DNA of 64,000 bases, from assembly GCA_020184695.1 (NCBI GenBank), contig JAANOX010000278.1, forward strand, positions 62,001-126,000, given 5' to 3'. The notes under the pieces were generated by a model, which was not told the origin of the DNA, searched no databases, and worked only from the letters and a program-made list of their open reading frames with translations. Within the stretch, counting starts at the first letter, position 1. Every line of letters begins with the position of its first letter. The position numbers and the translations under genes are program-made. Origin of the DNA: Histomonas meleagridis 2922-C6/04-290x (lineage: Eukaryota; Protista; Parabasalia). Below are positions 24,545 through 36,957 of this stretch, one piece after another.

Positions 24545-26059
24545 ATGAAAGAAAGGAATGATCCATATACAGAAAAATCAATGCCAACATTTCTTAAAAT
24601 TAAATCATCAGAATGTAACGAACCATTTATAATTACATTAGATCAAAAAGATAATTATTATGAAGTTAATTCTGTTTGTCAAACAGTTCTTCAAGTTTCA
24701 CCGAATCATAATATTTTACTTAAATCACCAGAACGAAGTATTTCAATTGAATTGTCATTTGCACGAAATATTCCAAGTGGAGAATATCATCTTTTTTTAA
24801 GTGAACATTCCTTTAATATTGAAGAACAATATCAAAAACTTAAAAACAAAGGATTACCTATTCCAGAAGATCTTACACCAACATCATTTTTAAGTTATGT
24901 TTTTAATAAAAATATATTATCCACCACATTATTTCAACGAACTATTGAATATTTTTTAACGCAAGCAATATTAGAAGTTATTCAATTAGAGAACAGTGTT
25001 TTTCATAAATCAATATTAAGTTATTTAAATCCAAATTATTCTTCAAATTTAAATTTTCCTAATATAGTTAGTAATACACTTATTAATGTTATTAGTAATA
25101 TATTTGAAGAATGTATTTATTCAGAAAGTAAATTATTTTATTTAGTTCCCACGAGTTTACAATTTTTAGAATTACTTACTACATTAATTATTCAAGAAAA
25201 GATATCATATAAATCAGTTCGTAAATCGATATCAATATTTCGTCCATCAGTTTTTTCAGAATATTTAATTATTTATCTTATTGCAAGTATTCATAGTGTT
25301 GTTAAATCGAATGAAATATTTTATCTTCTACACAAATTATTTCAAACTAAATGGTTATTTCATGTTTTTCGTTATCCAGAAGAAATTCCAGGACTTTTAA
25401 TTAGTACTGATATTAGTAATTTCGTTCCATATTTAATTATTTATGGATTTATTTATCAATATTTAAAAGGTATTAAAGATATTCACACCACGATTATTTA
25501 TATTGAAAACATTGGATTAAAAAGTATATCTAAACGAATCTTAAAAAGTTTAATTGATCCTTTCATCGAATATCTTTATGATAAAATATTAACACAACAA
25601 TTTGAAGATATTACGAATCTTGAACTTGATAAAAAACGATTTGAAGAAATTAAATATTATTATGAAGGATATTTACCAATATTTCAAAAATTTATTCGAG
25701 ATAACAATGATAATATCCAAATTCATACATTAAAACGATTTCATAAATATTTTCGTCGTCATAATTACGAGCCAAAAGGTATTACAATTTTTACATATTC
25801 TTTTTTATTTAATAAAGGGATTATTAAATCTAAATCATTTAATCAATGGATTGAACGATTAAATCGAAATAAAACAGTCACAGGGATTATTCTTGAAATT
25901 AGTACAATATTAAATCCATTTATTAAAGAAAATATTCCAGTTGAAGAATATTTAGATAAAACTATTGAAGAACAAATTAAATATGATCGAAAAGAAATGA
26001 AAGAATTCCTTGAACAAAGCAACAAAAAGATTCAAAATTTTAATTTTGATATAGAATAA
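24545..26059 (+). CDS. Hypothetical protein, 504 aa (intact copy)
   Basis: ATG-initiated long ORF; no recognisable motif. Confidence 0.7.
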   Translation: MKERNDPYTEKSMPTFLKIKSSECNEPFIITLDQKDNYYEVNSVCQTVLQVSPNHNILLKSPERSISIELSFARNIPSGEYHLFLSEHSFNIEEQYQKLKNKGLPIPEDLTPTSFLSYVFNKNILSTTLFQRTIEYFLTQAILEVIQLENSVFHKSILSYLNPNYSSNLNFPNIVSNTLINVISNIFEECIYSESKLFYLVPTSLQFLELLTTLIIQEKISYKSVRKSISIFRPSVFSEYLIIYLIASIHSVVKSNEIFYLLHKLFQTKWLFHVFRYPEEIPGLLISTDISNFVPYLIIYGFIYQYLKGIKDIHTTIIYIENIGLKSISKRILKSLIDPFIEYLYDKILTQQFEDITNLELDKKRFEEIKYYYEGYLPIFQKFIRDNNDNIQIHTLKRFHKYFRRHNYEPKGITIFTYSFLFNKGIIKSKSFNQWIERLNRNKTVTGIILEISTILNPFIKENIPVEEYLDKTIEEQIKYDRKEMKEFLEQSNKKIQNFNFDIE

Positions 26060-26189
26060 AAGAATAAATTAATAAAAATATTTGTATGTTTTTTTTTTTT
26101 TTTTTTAAAATATAATTTCAAGATTTTAACGATCAATTAAACCTCAGAAAAATTCTGTTCTGTATTCAAAAGTGACTAATTAATTTAAA

Positions 26190-26783
26190 ATGATTTTAAA
26201 CGAGAAAATATTCACATGCACAAAATCCAAAATAATCACAATATTTCTTGGCTTCATTTGCTTTGTCGGGATAGTATTGACTTATGTTAATTATGGCTTA
26301 GACATGAAGATGGTAGTGGTGTTGAAGTAGATTTTGGTGCATTCTCTATTGCAATAATAATTGTATCATCAGTTGAAGTCGTATTAGGAATTATAACACT
26401 TGTTGTTCGAAATAAGTGTCGTTCAAAGTGTGCAACAAAAGTCTTATTTTGGTTTACCGTCATTATTGCATTTGTAATATTTATCTTACAAGATATGACA
26501 GTCAGTATTGTTCCTGTTAAAGAATGCTACAAAATTAAAATTATACTTCCCTTATTGATGAATGTATTAAACCACGCTCAAGGACTGCATTATTGATCCC
26601 ATTCTTTTTTTCATAACGCATTTGTTCTTTATCGTTGCGTTTGTAATGAACGACTATGGTGATTCTCAAGAATTAAAGCAAACAACACAAGAACAAACCA
26701 CAAATTTGAGTGAAGGTAAATATCAAAGAGATGAAAATTCATCAAATGAAATCCCACAAAACTACTATAATCAATATTACTAA
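26190..26783 (+). pseudogene. Broken copy of the 4-TM protein at 11468
   Basis: 34-nt deletion near 26299 between T-runs, plus further indels. Confidence 0.8.
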
Positions 26784-27099
26784 ATACTTTGCGAATTTGA
26801 TTTAATTTTATGTTTTTATTTTGATTTTTCTTTGAATAGAACTGAACATATCCATTTGTTTTTTTAAGGAATGTTAATGAAGTGAAAATTAATTTGAAGT
26901 TCTAAATTATATTTTGGTAACCAAGTTACACCTTATGCTATCAGGTTATTAATAATAACCAAAAAAAAAAAAAAAGAAAAAATTTAGAGAGAAATTTCAA
27001 ATAAATAGCAAAAGAAGATGATTTTAATTTTCAAAATATATAAAAAAACGTTTATAATGAAATATTGACAAAGAGTGTTTGCCGATAGATCATTTTTTT

Positions 27100-27686
27100 T
27101 TTCCTTTTTTTTACAAGCTTGATTTGACACAACAAAATAAAATTCATTTAGAAAAGAAATTAAAAACGATTGAAGATAATGATTCTATCTTATTTGACCC
27201 AGTTTCACTTCCAAAACCAATTAAACTTACTGGACTTTCAAGTTCACCACGAACTAAAGAACGACGGTTTCATACGAATGGATTGAAACCATTACCATCG
27301 CTGCGGAAGATGAAGATACGCGATATCTACGTTCACATGTTTTAGATTTAGAACATCAAAGCATTGACTTAACCGTTCAAATTCAACTTCTTGAGAAACA
27401 AATTCAAGAGTTAGAACAACAACTTTCATTTACTATGAACAATGATACACAAAACAAACGAGGACATAATAGTAATAATGTTATTTCGAGTAATAATAAT
27501 AATAATAATAATCCTGAACTTAAACCAGTTCAAATTCGAAGTCCAACCATCACCGTTCGCAAAGGGAAAGCACAACCACCGAATGACAAAAATCTTGCAA
27601 CATATTATAAACAACAATATGAATCTATTCGAAGTAAATATGAAGGATTGAGAAAAGTTCTTTCACAAACGGCATATCCGAAATAA
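27100..27686 (+). pseudogene. Coiled-coil gene fragment, copy B
   Basis: Duplicate of 10568-11130 with a 1-nt deletion near 27303 and an AAT tract two codons longer. Confidence 0.5.
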
Positions 27687-28286
27687 ATATTTTGTTTGTA
27701 TTATTTATATTTTTATTGTGAATTTATGTGTAATAACAATATGCTTAAATTAAAAGCAAAACTCGTGCTCTATTACTTAAAGAAGATTCCTATATTTGCT
27801 TCACTAATATATCCTTAGAACAAAATCACATAAAATATTTTTTTTTCTAATGATTAATATATCACTCAAATATAAAAATATTGAATTTTTATATTTAAGC
27901 TTTTATAAATACAACCAATTTTCACTCAAATATTATTTTTTATTATTGTAATATTTGCACATGTAAAAATTTAAATCAAAAAAATGTTACAAATCTCTTC
28001 GAATAAATATTAAAAATAATTTTTCTTCTTATCCAAAAGAAGCAATGGAACTTCTATACAGAATAAAGCCTGTATCTAGATCTGTATCATGTTGAATTCA
28101 ACATAAATATTAGAAAAATCTTGTATATAATTTCTCAAAAGTATTTTATTCATAAGAATTTATTCTTTTAATGCTGCAATAAACGATTTAATATTTAAAA
28201 TAAAAACGAAACACTCGAGAACACATTAAAATTTCCCATTAAATAAATGTAAATCATGAAATAAAAACATTTTATCATTTGTTAAT

Positions 28287-28820
28287 TTATTGAGTACTTT
28301 CATTTTTGTCTTTTTCTGTCTTTTCATCTTCTAAAACATCTTCTGAATGATTTTCTTTATTTTGTGCTGCATCTTCTGCTTCTTTCTGTTCATTTTCATT
28401 ATTTGTTTCTTTGTTTTCTGTCATTTCTTCTTTCGATTTATTTTCGATTTGAACATTTTCTGGAGGAGGTTGAGTTTTTTGTTGAGATATCTGTCTAGTC
28501 TTTAAAATTGCTTCAATTTTGTTCAGCCTATTCCCGATGGCTATTATTCGCTTTTTGGAATTTTGGATTCGATCAACACAAATTTGGAGATGTTTCATCC
28601 CAGATGGATACATTGGAAGTGCTGTTAATTGCTTTATCATGTTAATGTCTTCTTGTAATTTATCCGCTGCTGCTGCCAACCTTTCTTGACTTTGAAATGC
28701 ATCTTTCCAAATTCCTTGTGCTGCATTGAAAAAATGAAGAAGTTTCTGATCTAAAGCTTTAGCCTTTTCGTTCTCTTGTGAATTTATATGTTCATCTTGT
28801 TTTACTACTGTTTCACTCAT
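28287..28820 (-). CDS. Small coiled-coil protein, possibly a Snapin/Pallidin-like BLOC-1 subunit
   Basis: Helical core of suitable length with an acidic tail; the family assignment is by resemblance only. Confidence 0.4.
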   Translation of the reverse strand: MSETVVKQDEHINSQENEKAKALDQKLLHFFNAAQGIWKDAFQSQERLAAAADKLQEDINMIKQLTALPMYPSGMKHLQICVDRIQNSKKRIIAIGNRLNKIEAILKTRQISQQKTQPPPENVQIENKSKEEMTENKETNNENEQKEAEDAAQNKENHSEDVLEDEKTEKDKNESTQ

Positions 28821-28880
28821 TTTTTTATCAGATAAAATTCACAACTACTGTGAATTTTTTCACTGCTTAGGACCCAACAA

Positions 28881-30806
28881 ATGGAATTTGTTGATGAATC
28901 TCAAAATTTCATACAATCAAGCGAAAAGACAGAAATAGAAACAGATTCATCAAATATAGAGATGAAAAAGCAAAATATTATTAAACTAAGAGAAGAATTA
29001 AAATGGTTAAAATTGGAAAACTTCGAAAGTAAAAAGCAAGTAAAGGAACTTGAAAATATGATAATGCAATACGATAATCAAGCAAGTCAACTTAAACAGC
29101 TTTCTTCAATTTTCGAAGATATGATATCAAAAAGTCAATTTGATGATAAAAATCTCAAACAGTTACCGAAGGATATGAACCGAGCAATTCAAGCTAAGGT
29201 CAATTCCATTTTTGATATTGTTTTACATGAGTATTCGTCATATGACATAAATAAATTAGAAGCAGAATGGAAATCTCTTAATGATCTTAAACTCTCCCTA
29301 GAAAAAGAAATCTCTATTTTATCAGAAATTTCAAGTAACGAAAGTTTTTTTGATGATGATCAATTATCAATTTACATTGACGAATTTGAAACCAAAATGT
29401 CCTCAAACGACAACTGTTCTCCTATTTCTTACATACTATTTAGTGAGCATATCAAATCTCCAAAGATATATCATCATTACTTTGAACAAGATAACACATC
29501 ATCTTCACCAACATACACCAACATTCCAATTTCTGATGCTGTTTCAGCACATGAAAGCGTCGAAAAGTCAATTTATTCATCACAAATTCGATTTTTCTCT
29601 CAGCTCAAAAATGCACTTTTACGTAATGACAAAACAATTGAAGAAATTCCTCAAATTGACATCAATCAATCCATGAATGAAATGATGTCATTTGAAATAC
29701 CACAACAAGAGCTCTTTAATGCATGTGATCCTTGCGAAGTACTTCTTTCTCAGTTCCAAAATTTCTACGAAACACTTCAAAATCAAAACCCGCCAAACGA
29801 AAGGTTCAACCTCATCAAAGGAAATTTCGAAAAGGAGCTTGAATTTCCCGAGTTTGTTCCACCACCAAAACCTCAGTGTACAATAGAGCAAATCACTACA
29901 AATAACGAATCAAACAAATTTTTGCATTCGCAACTCAATCAAATGAAAATTAACGCATCCCAATTGAATGAAACCGCATGTAATGTACAGAAAAACGAAA
30001 TTGAACCAAATTCGACGACCGTTTATGAAAAAGAAGAAAATTCTTTTTCATATCCAATTCCAATTGGCGATAATGAACAAAATGATGATGAAGTAATCAA
30101 GAATTTCCATGATGTCATAAAAGAAAAAGGTGTTGAAATTAGTGAGGACTTTCAATTTGACATAATAGAAAAAAATGAAGAAATTGATATATCAGAAAAT
30201 ACTTCAAATGAACAAACTAATACAGGCATTGAAGCACGAATGAATAAGCTTCATGAGATTCTAACTCAACAATCAAACATTTCAAATCCAAAATTTGAAA
30301 CAGTTCCACTGATTCCAACAACTTTAATTAAAACAGAAAAGTACAAAACAGATCCGATTTTACAGACCATAAATCAAATTCTCATTCCAAATCAGTATGA
30401 TACTGAAATTCTTTCCAATGAGATTGATAACCTTTCTCAAAGAATTGTGGATATCCAGAACGCCCTTGCAGCAGCATCATCAGAAGAAACATTCGACGAC
30501 TCTGAACTTGTCAGATGCGAATTCGAAGCGAATGAGCTTATGCAAAAAGTGGCAGCCGAAAAGGAAAAATTTTTCCTCGAATCAGCTCAGAGCCAAATAA
30601 CAGAGCTTTCTGAAAAGAAGAAACAACTACAAACCGAACTCTCACATCTCGAAAAAGAACTAAGTGCTATTGATGAATATACAGAAGAATCAATTACTGA
30701 TCTTGAGAAAAAATATCAAAATGCTAAAATAGAATATAACACAAAGAAACAAGAATGGGAGGAAGAGCAAAAACTAAGGGCACAACTTCATATGGGATTT
30801 GTATAA
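28881..30806 (+). CDS. Hypothetical coiled-coil protein, 641 aa
   Basis: Long ORF with E/K/Q/L heptads at both termini; head-to-head with 28820 at 60 bp. Confidence 0.75.
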   Translation: MEFVDESQNFIQSSEKTEIETDSSNIEMKKQNIIKLREELKWLKLENFESKKQVKELENMIMQYDNQASQLKQLSSIFEDMISKSQFDDKNLKQLPKDMNRAIQAKVNSIFDIVLHEYSSYDINKLEAEWKSLNDLKLSLEKEISILSEISSNESFFDDDQLSIYIDEFETKMSSNDNCSPISYILFSEHIKSPKIYHHYFEQDNTSSSPTYTNIPISDAVSAHESVEKSIYSSQIRFFSQLKNALLRNDKTIEEIPQIDINQSMNEMMSFEIPQQELFNACDPCEVLLSQFQNFYETLQNQNPPNERFNLIKGNFEKELEFPEFVPPPKPQCTIEQITTNNESNKFLHSQLNQMKINASQLNETACNVQKNEIEPNSTTVYEKEENSFSYPIPIGDNEQNDDEVIKNFHDVIKEKGVEISEDFQFDIIEKNEEIDISENTSNEQTNTGIEARMNKLHEILTQQSNISNPKFETVPLIPTTLIKTEKYKTDPILQTINQILIPNQYDTEILSNEIDNLSQRIVDIQNALAAASSEETFDDSELVRCEFEANELMQKVAAEKEKFFLESAQSQITELSEKKKQLQTELSHLEKELSAIDEYTEESITDLEKKYQNAKIEYNTKKQEWEEEQKLRAQLHMGFV

Positions 30807-31042
30807 AGTAATTAGAGATACATCGGATAAAATGTTATAATATTATATAAACTTGATCTTCTATTTTGTTTGTAAAATTAAACGTTTTTCCTGTTATTCT
30901 TTTCTATCATTGCATATTTCTTTTTTTTTGACGAACTGTACAACTGTAAAATCCCCCAAAAATAAAGTTTTCAAATTATCATTTGAAATATCAAAAAGTT
31001 ATCACATTCAATAATTCTGTGCTTAAACAGAGTTCACAACAA

Positions 31043-33475
31043 ATGTTTTTGTTTATTCTTGGGTTTGCAGTCAAGTTTAAAGAATAACATTGGTGTCAGA
31101 CTCCTTGCACAGCAAGTGTAGAAACAGTTAATGACGTTTTCATTGGAACACATAAAGGATCAGGTAGTTATTCTTTCAACACAGAAACATACGAAATTAA
31201 TTCTGGCGCTTTGTTAACTCTTGATCTTGATGCTAAGTTTTCAACGGAGCTTGGTTTGTATGTTATTCATCTGATGAGAATGATACTCACCTCACATCAA
31301 TATCTCCTGGTACATCTTTGTTTATATCAAAAGAATCTCATTACTCGCATACATTTTTAACTCCAAAAGGAACAAAATATGTTCGTTTCAATTTTGATGG
31401 AACAGGTCAAGAATCATTTGAGATTCGTAATTTTGAGTGCAACATTCGTAGTTACTATAATTTGCCAGATTCTCCTAATTTTAGTATTGAAACAGAAAAA
31501 ATCAAAACAACAATTAATATCGATACTGCAATAATGCAAATTTATGATAAAGTATCAAACAAAACATGGCAAATCCTAGCTAAATCCATAGCAGGAAATC
31601 CTTTTTTTCCTTGTTAACCCAGTTAAAACAGGTAATACGAAATTAGAATTTGATATGGGAAATTTGAATATGACGATTATTACTCATATCACACTTGAGC
31701 TTTCAGATGATGAAATGAAACTAACTTTCTCACGTGATCCACAAGCAAACTTTGATGATAATTTACCATATTGGCCTCTTTTTCAAGCAGACAAAAATGA
31801 CAAACATTTTATTCCATATGGAGAAGGAATTCTTATATATGCTGACATTAATTTAAACAAAGTTAAATGGGTAGGAGCAGGTGTTAATGGTTTATCAATG
31901 CCATTTATTGGAACTACAAATGGTGAATATGCGATGCTCACGTATATTGAAACACAAGCAGATGCAGGACGTGTCGGACTTCTTACCAATGATGATACAT
32001 ATACAACGATTTTATGGAGTTGGGAATCAGAAAAACATAAATGGGGATATGATCGAATAATTCGATATTCTTTTTTCCCAGGTAATCATGTAACAATAGC
32101 GAAACGATATCGAAATTATGCAAAAGAAAAAGGATTAGTTGTACCCTTTACTGAAAAAAGGAAAACGCGTCCATTAATTGATAAATTTATAGGGTCAGGC
32201 CTAATTTATTATGAAAGTTTTCAACCTATTTGGGAAGAAACAAAATTATTAAACTTAACAAAAGAAATGCAAAGTTTAGGAATGGAAAAACTTGTACCAA
32301 ATCTTATACTTGATAATTCATGGCATGATGAAGAACGAAATGTACTTTATGAAATGCAAGGAGTACTTACAAGTTCATATGAACTATTTTCATCAGTAAA
32401 CGATCCTGAATGGATTGAAAAAGGATGGACTGGATCAATTTATAATTGTCCAGAAACATTTCCAGATGCCGTACAAATAAATGAAACAGGACAATTTGTT
32501 CAAGATACATGGCCATTATATAATCGTTCTGAAGAATGTCAACATGTTCAATGTCCTTTAGTTTATGCATATGACGTCTGTCAAAAATCATTACCGAGTT
32601 ATGTACGAAATAAAATTGAAAACGAAATGAAAACAACAAAAATCGGCGCTAAATATCTTGATACTCGGAAGGACCTACAGAATGTTATTCAAGTAGTCAT
32701 CCAATGACAAGAAGAGAATCATCTAAAGCCAAACAAGAACTTGGAAAGATAATGAACGATTATGGATTTGTTGTATCGACTGAAGGTGGTCGAGATGAAG
32801 CTGTACCTTATTATGATTATTTACAAGGTTTAATGACTTATGGCCAACATAGAATAATTAATAATGATCCAGTTGGTTCAATTCCTTCGAATATTCGAAA
32901 CGTATTATTCATTTCAATATAATGAAACAATTCGTGTTCCTCTTTTCGAATTAGTGTATCATGATTGCGCAGCAGCTGCTTGGTATTCTGAAGCTTATAT
33001 GATGGTTCCTTATTTTAATAGGAAAAGAGATTTGTTCCAAATATTAACTGGAACACCTCCAACTTATTTGTATTATGAAGATAAATGGGAAAATGAAAAA
33101 TATGAATTTGCTGAACATTTTAAAAATGGTACAAAAGTGTTTAATTTAACTGGTTATGCACAAATGATTGATCATAAATATTTAACTAATGATTTAAGGG
33201 TTCAACAAACATTGTTCTCGAATGGAGTAAGAGTAACAGTGAATTTCGGTGATGAACCATTTAATGGTATTCTTGCTAATGATTTCAAAATTGAAGAAAA
33301 TGTAGATGTATGTGGTTACGATATTGATGACCAATTAAATCAGGCTGATGATTCAAAATGGTGGATAGCATTAATCGTAATAGGAATTTTAGTAATTGTC
33401 GCAATTGTAGCTTTCTTTGTATATAGAAATATGAAAAAGAAAGAAAAGAATGACAGTGGCTCAGTGGATGTATAA
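31043..33475 (+). pseudogene. Frameshifted surface glycoside hydrolase (GH101/GH129-like alpha-N-acetylgalactosaminidase type) with a C-terminal TM anchor
   Basis: Hydrophobic leader at 31043. Motifs FIPYGEGILI, GAKYLDT..ECYSSSHPMTRRES, VVSTEGGRDEAVPYYDY and RVPLFELVYHDC. TM segment WWIALIVIGILVIVAIVAFFVY followed by RNMKKKEK. At least 5 single-base frameshifts. Confidence 0.6.
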
Positions 33476-34371
33476 TAAATAAAAATAATATCATGACAAA
33501 AGCATTATTCAATGTAAATGATGGATGACAAAATTAGTTTTAATTATTATGTTTATATAAATAAATAAAATTAAATTAAGATATAACACTGTCAACCAAC
33601 TTTCCCTCTCATAGATTACTTTTAAATTTTAAAATTATTTGTAATGTATCTAATACATATCAGATTTTAACATATAAAAACAGTAGACATATTTTTATGA
33701 AGATATAATAATTCTTTCAAAATTTCCTTTGAATTTAGTCACTTTCCATTCAAATTCGTGTACGATACAATACACAAACGGTCATTAAAGACTGGATGTA
33801 CCAATGAACCACATCTCAACCAGTATAAACAAGTATTGTTAAAGGAATGTTTAAAATATTTTTATCTTCTGTTTAATTTTGTGATTGTTGACCATTAATA
33901 CCATGCGGACAGAAATTTCCGGCCGATGGACAGATTTTCGTGTCCGGTACTGTATATTCTGGGTTTTTATAAAGTTTACAACGATGAGATTTAAAATATT
34001 AAATCATATGTTTTTATTCAAAAATAAATACAGACGAGCGCCACTTCGTATAAAAGTTGCATTTGCATAAATCTTGGAGAAGTTGTTTTTTTCATATATT
34101 TTCACTTTTTCTCAAAAATTTCAATAAAATTGATCAAGATAATAGTTTAGAAAATAAACATATTTAACATACAACATTACTATATTGGAAAACTTCCAAA
34201 ATTCCCAAAAAAGAATGGTCGAAATCATATCGAATTTGGAAAGATTTCATGAAACGACCGTTTACTTTTGAAATAAATGAGATCTAATTATCTTTTGAAT
34301 TGTAATATTTTTCAAAAAAATCATACCATTTTAATAATAACAATAATAAATAATAAGAACAAAAAAAAGAT

Positions 34372-36957
34372 TTAGTTAATATCATTTCCTTTGTATTCAC
34401 GTAGTAATTTAACTATTTCTGTATAACCATTTGAAGATGCCCACATAAGTGCTGTTTGAAATAATTTAAATAATTTTCAAATATTATTTCAAAATATAAA
34501 ATTATTAAAATAAATTTTAAATAAAACAAATAAATATCTTTAGCATTAATATCAATTCCTTTTTGTTCAAGAAGTAATTTAACTATTTCTGTATGACCTT
34601 TTTCAGATGCTAAAATAAGTGCTGTATCAAATATTTTAAATAATTTCCAAATATTATTTTGAAATATGAAATTATTAAAATAAATTTTAAATAAAACAAA
34701 TAAATATCTTTAGCATTAATATCAATTCCTTCTTGTTCAAGAAGTAATTTAACTATTTCTGTATGACCTTTTTCAGATGCCCATATAAGTGCTGTATCAA
34801 ATATTTTAAATAATTTCCAAATATTATTTTGAAATATGAAATTATTAAAATAAATTTTAAATAAAACAAATAAATATCTTTAGCATTAATATCAATTCCT
34901 TCTTGTTCAAGAAGTAATTTAACTATTTCTGTATGACCATTTGAAGATGCACACATAAGTGCTGTTTGAAATAATTTAAATAATTTCCAATTATTATTTT
35001 GTAATATCAAATTATTAATATAAATTTTAAATAAAACAAATAAATATTTTTAGCATTAATATCAATTCCTTCTTGTTCAAGAAGTAATTTAACTATTTCT
35101 GTATGACCATATTGAGATGCTAAAATAAGTGCTGTTCTAAATAATTTAAATAATTTCCAAATTATTAAAATAAATTTTAAATAAAACAAATAAATATTTT
35201 TAGCATTAATATCAATTCCTTTTTGTTCAAGAAGTAATTTAACTATTTCTGTATAACCATTATAAGATGCAATCATAAGTGCTGTCCAAAATAATTTAAA
35301 TAATTTCCAATTATTATTTGGAAATATAAAATTATTAAAATAGACGCAATTTAAAGCAAATAAATATCTTTAGCATTAACATCAATTCCTTCTTGTTCAA
35401 GAAGTAATTTAACTATTTCTATATGACCATCTCTAGATGCCCAAATAAGTGCTGTATTAAATATTTTAAATAATTTCTAATTATTATTTTGAAATATTAT
35501 ATTATTAAAACAAATTTTAAATAAAACAAATAAATATCTTTAGCATTAATATCAATTCCTTCTTGTTCAAGAAGTAATTTAACTATTTCTGTATAACAAT
35601 TTCTAGATGCATTAATAAGTGCTGTACATAATAATTTAAATAATTTCCAAATAATATTTGGAAATATTAAATTATTAAAATAAATTTTAAACAAAACAAT
35701 TTAATATCTTTAGGATTTACATCAATTCCTTGTTTTAAAAAGTATTTAATTAATTGTTTATGATTAGACTTTGATGCCCATAAAAATGCTTTTTCAAAAA
35801 AATTAATGAAATTTTAAATAAATATTTATCACATAGAATTATGTAATTTAACATCATCATTCTCAATCTTAATTCCTTTTTGTTTGATGAGCCATTTCAC
35901 TACTATAGGATTTCCATATCCAAGAAATTGGGAAAAAAGTTCTTTTTTAATCATTTTTCCTTCATAAAATATATGTATAAATGGAAGATTATGCAAACTT
36001 AATGCACCAGCTTGGAGTGAAAGATTTAATTTTGATAAACCTTCTTTCTCTAAAAAGATAAAAATTTCATAATTAATGTGTTTTTAAGCATTGTATTCCT
36101 AATTCATTTAAATCTTTGTTAATGATTAAGTTTTTCTTTCTTCAAATTTTTTTGATTTCTTTCATCATAAAAAAAATAATAAAAACGTCATTTCGATGAA
36201 ATTGAATTGCTGTTTCTAATACATAGCTAATAGTCGAATTATTTTGTATGCATAAATGAATAATTTCTAAATTTCCGCCTGCAATCGCATATTTTAATGT
36301 ATTTTTAACATTTGATCCATTAATTAATAAAAACTTAAAACATTTAATTGACTTATAAAATGCACAAAAATCAATTAATGAAACATTTTTATGATTAACA
36401 AATGAATGTTTTTCATAAGATGATGGTTCAATTGTTTGATTGAAGTCAAATTTATTTTGAGTTGACATTTCTTGTAATTCTTCTAAATTATCATTTCGAA
36501 GAATCTCCAATATATGATTTTCTTTCTGATTTTCTTTGTCTGCTTTATTTATAATTTTTTTTAGATAATAAAAAAGATTTGAAGGTATCATTTTATGGTC
36601 GTTCATTTCGTTAAGAAGACATTCTGATTCACTTGTATTTTTTAGGTAAAGATAAATGGTTAATACCTTAAGTAGTTTTGAAAAACTTAAATTTTTTGTA
36701 TTTGATAACAAGTTTAAAAATGAAATGTATAATTTTGCATCTTTATTTTGGGTAAAATAAGCCATATAAATACACTGAGTAATATAAAATTCATAGAGTA
36801 AAGGACAACTTGGCTGAACTTCTAATACTTTTGAAACTTTCTGAGAAATTAATTCGAGATTATTTTCATTTAATTCTAAAAACAACTTTTCAATTGCAAG
36901 AGCTTCATCAGGAACGAGTTGCAAAACTGATGGACTTGGTGGAGGAGGAATGTCCAT
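34372..36957 (-). CDS. DUF3447-type ankyrin-repeat gene with nine module clusters (34 modules); 1-nt frameshifts at about 36080-36185
   Basis: ATG at 36957 (MDIPPP), DUF3447 motifs LIDFCAFYKSIKCFKFLL and YAIAGGNLEIIHLC, a 170-nt periodic ankyrin array, and TAA at 34372. Confidence 0.75.
34456..35852 (-). repeat. 170-nt tandem ankyrin array: 90-nt coding segment + 4 x (17-nt spacer + codon)
   Basis: Clusters 35793-35852 (3 modules), 35626-35705, 35456-35535, 35286-35365, 35136-35195 (3 modules), 34966-35045, 34796-34875, 34626-34705 and 34456-34535. Confidence 0.92.

Larger units (their letters stand above)
24481..28108 (+). repeat. Arm B of the inverted segmental duplication
   Basis: Reverse complement of 10149-13821. 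Confidence 0.92.

Noticed and set aside
31043-33000. 17-nt spacers as the cause of frameshifts in the hydrolase and other broken genes
   Set aside because: Those I could resolve are 1-nt indels. I found 17+3 modules only in ankyrin loops, though isolated single spacers would be hard to see by eye.
33904-33952. GC-rich imperfect hairpin (CGGACAGAAA...TTTCGTGTCCG) as an ncRNA or MITE
   Set aside because: Short and imperfect, with no TSD or snoRNA/tRNA boxes to support it.
34456-35705. CRISPR-like array
   Set aside because: Eukaryotic context, no cas genes, the repeats are ankyrin coding sequence and the variable units are 3 nt.
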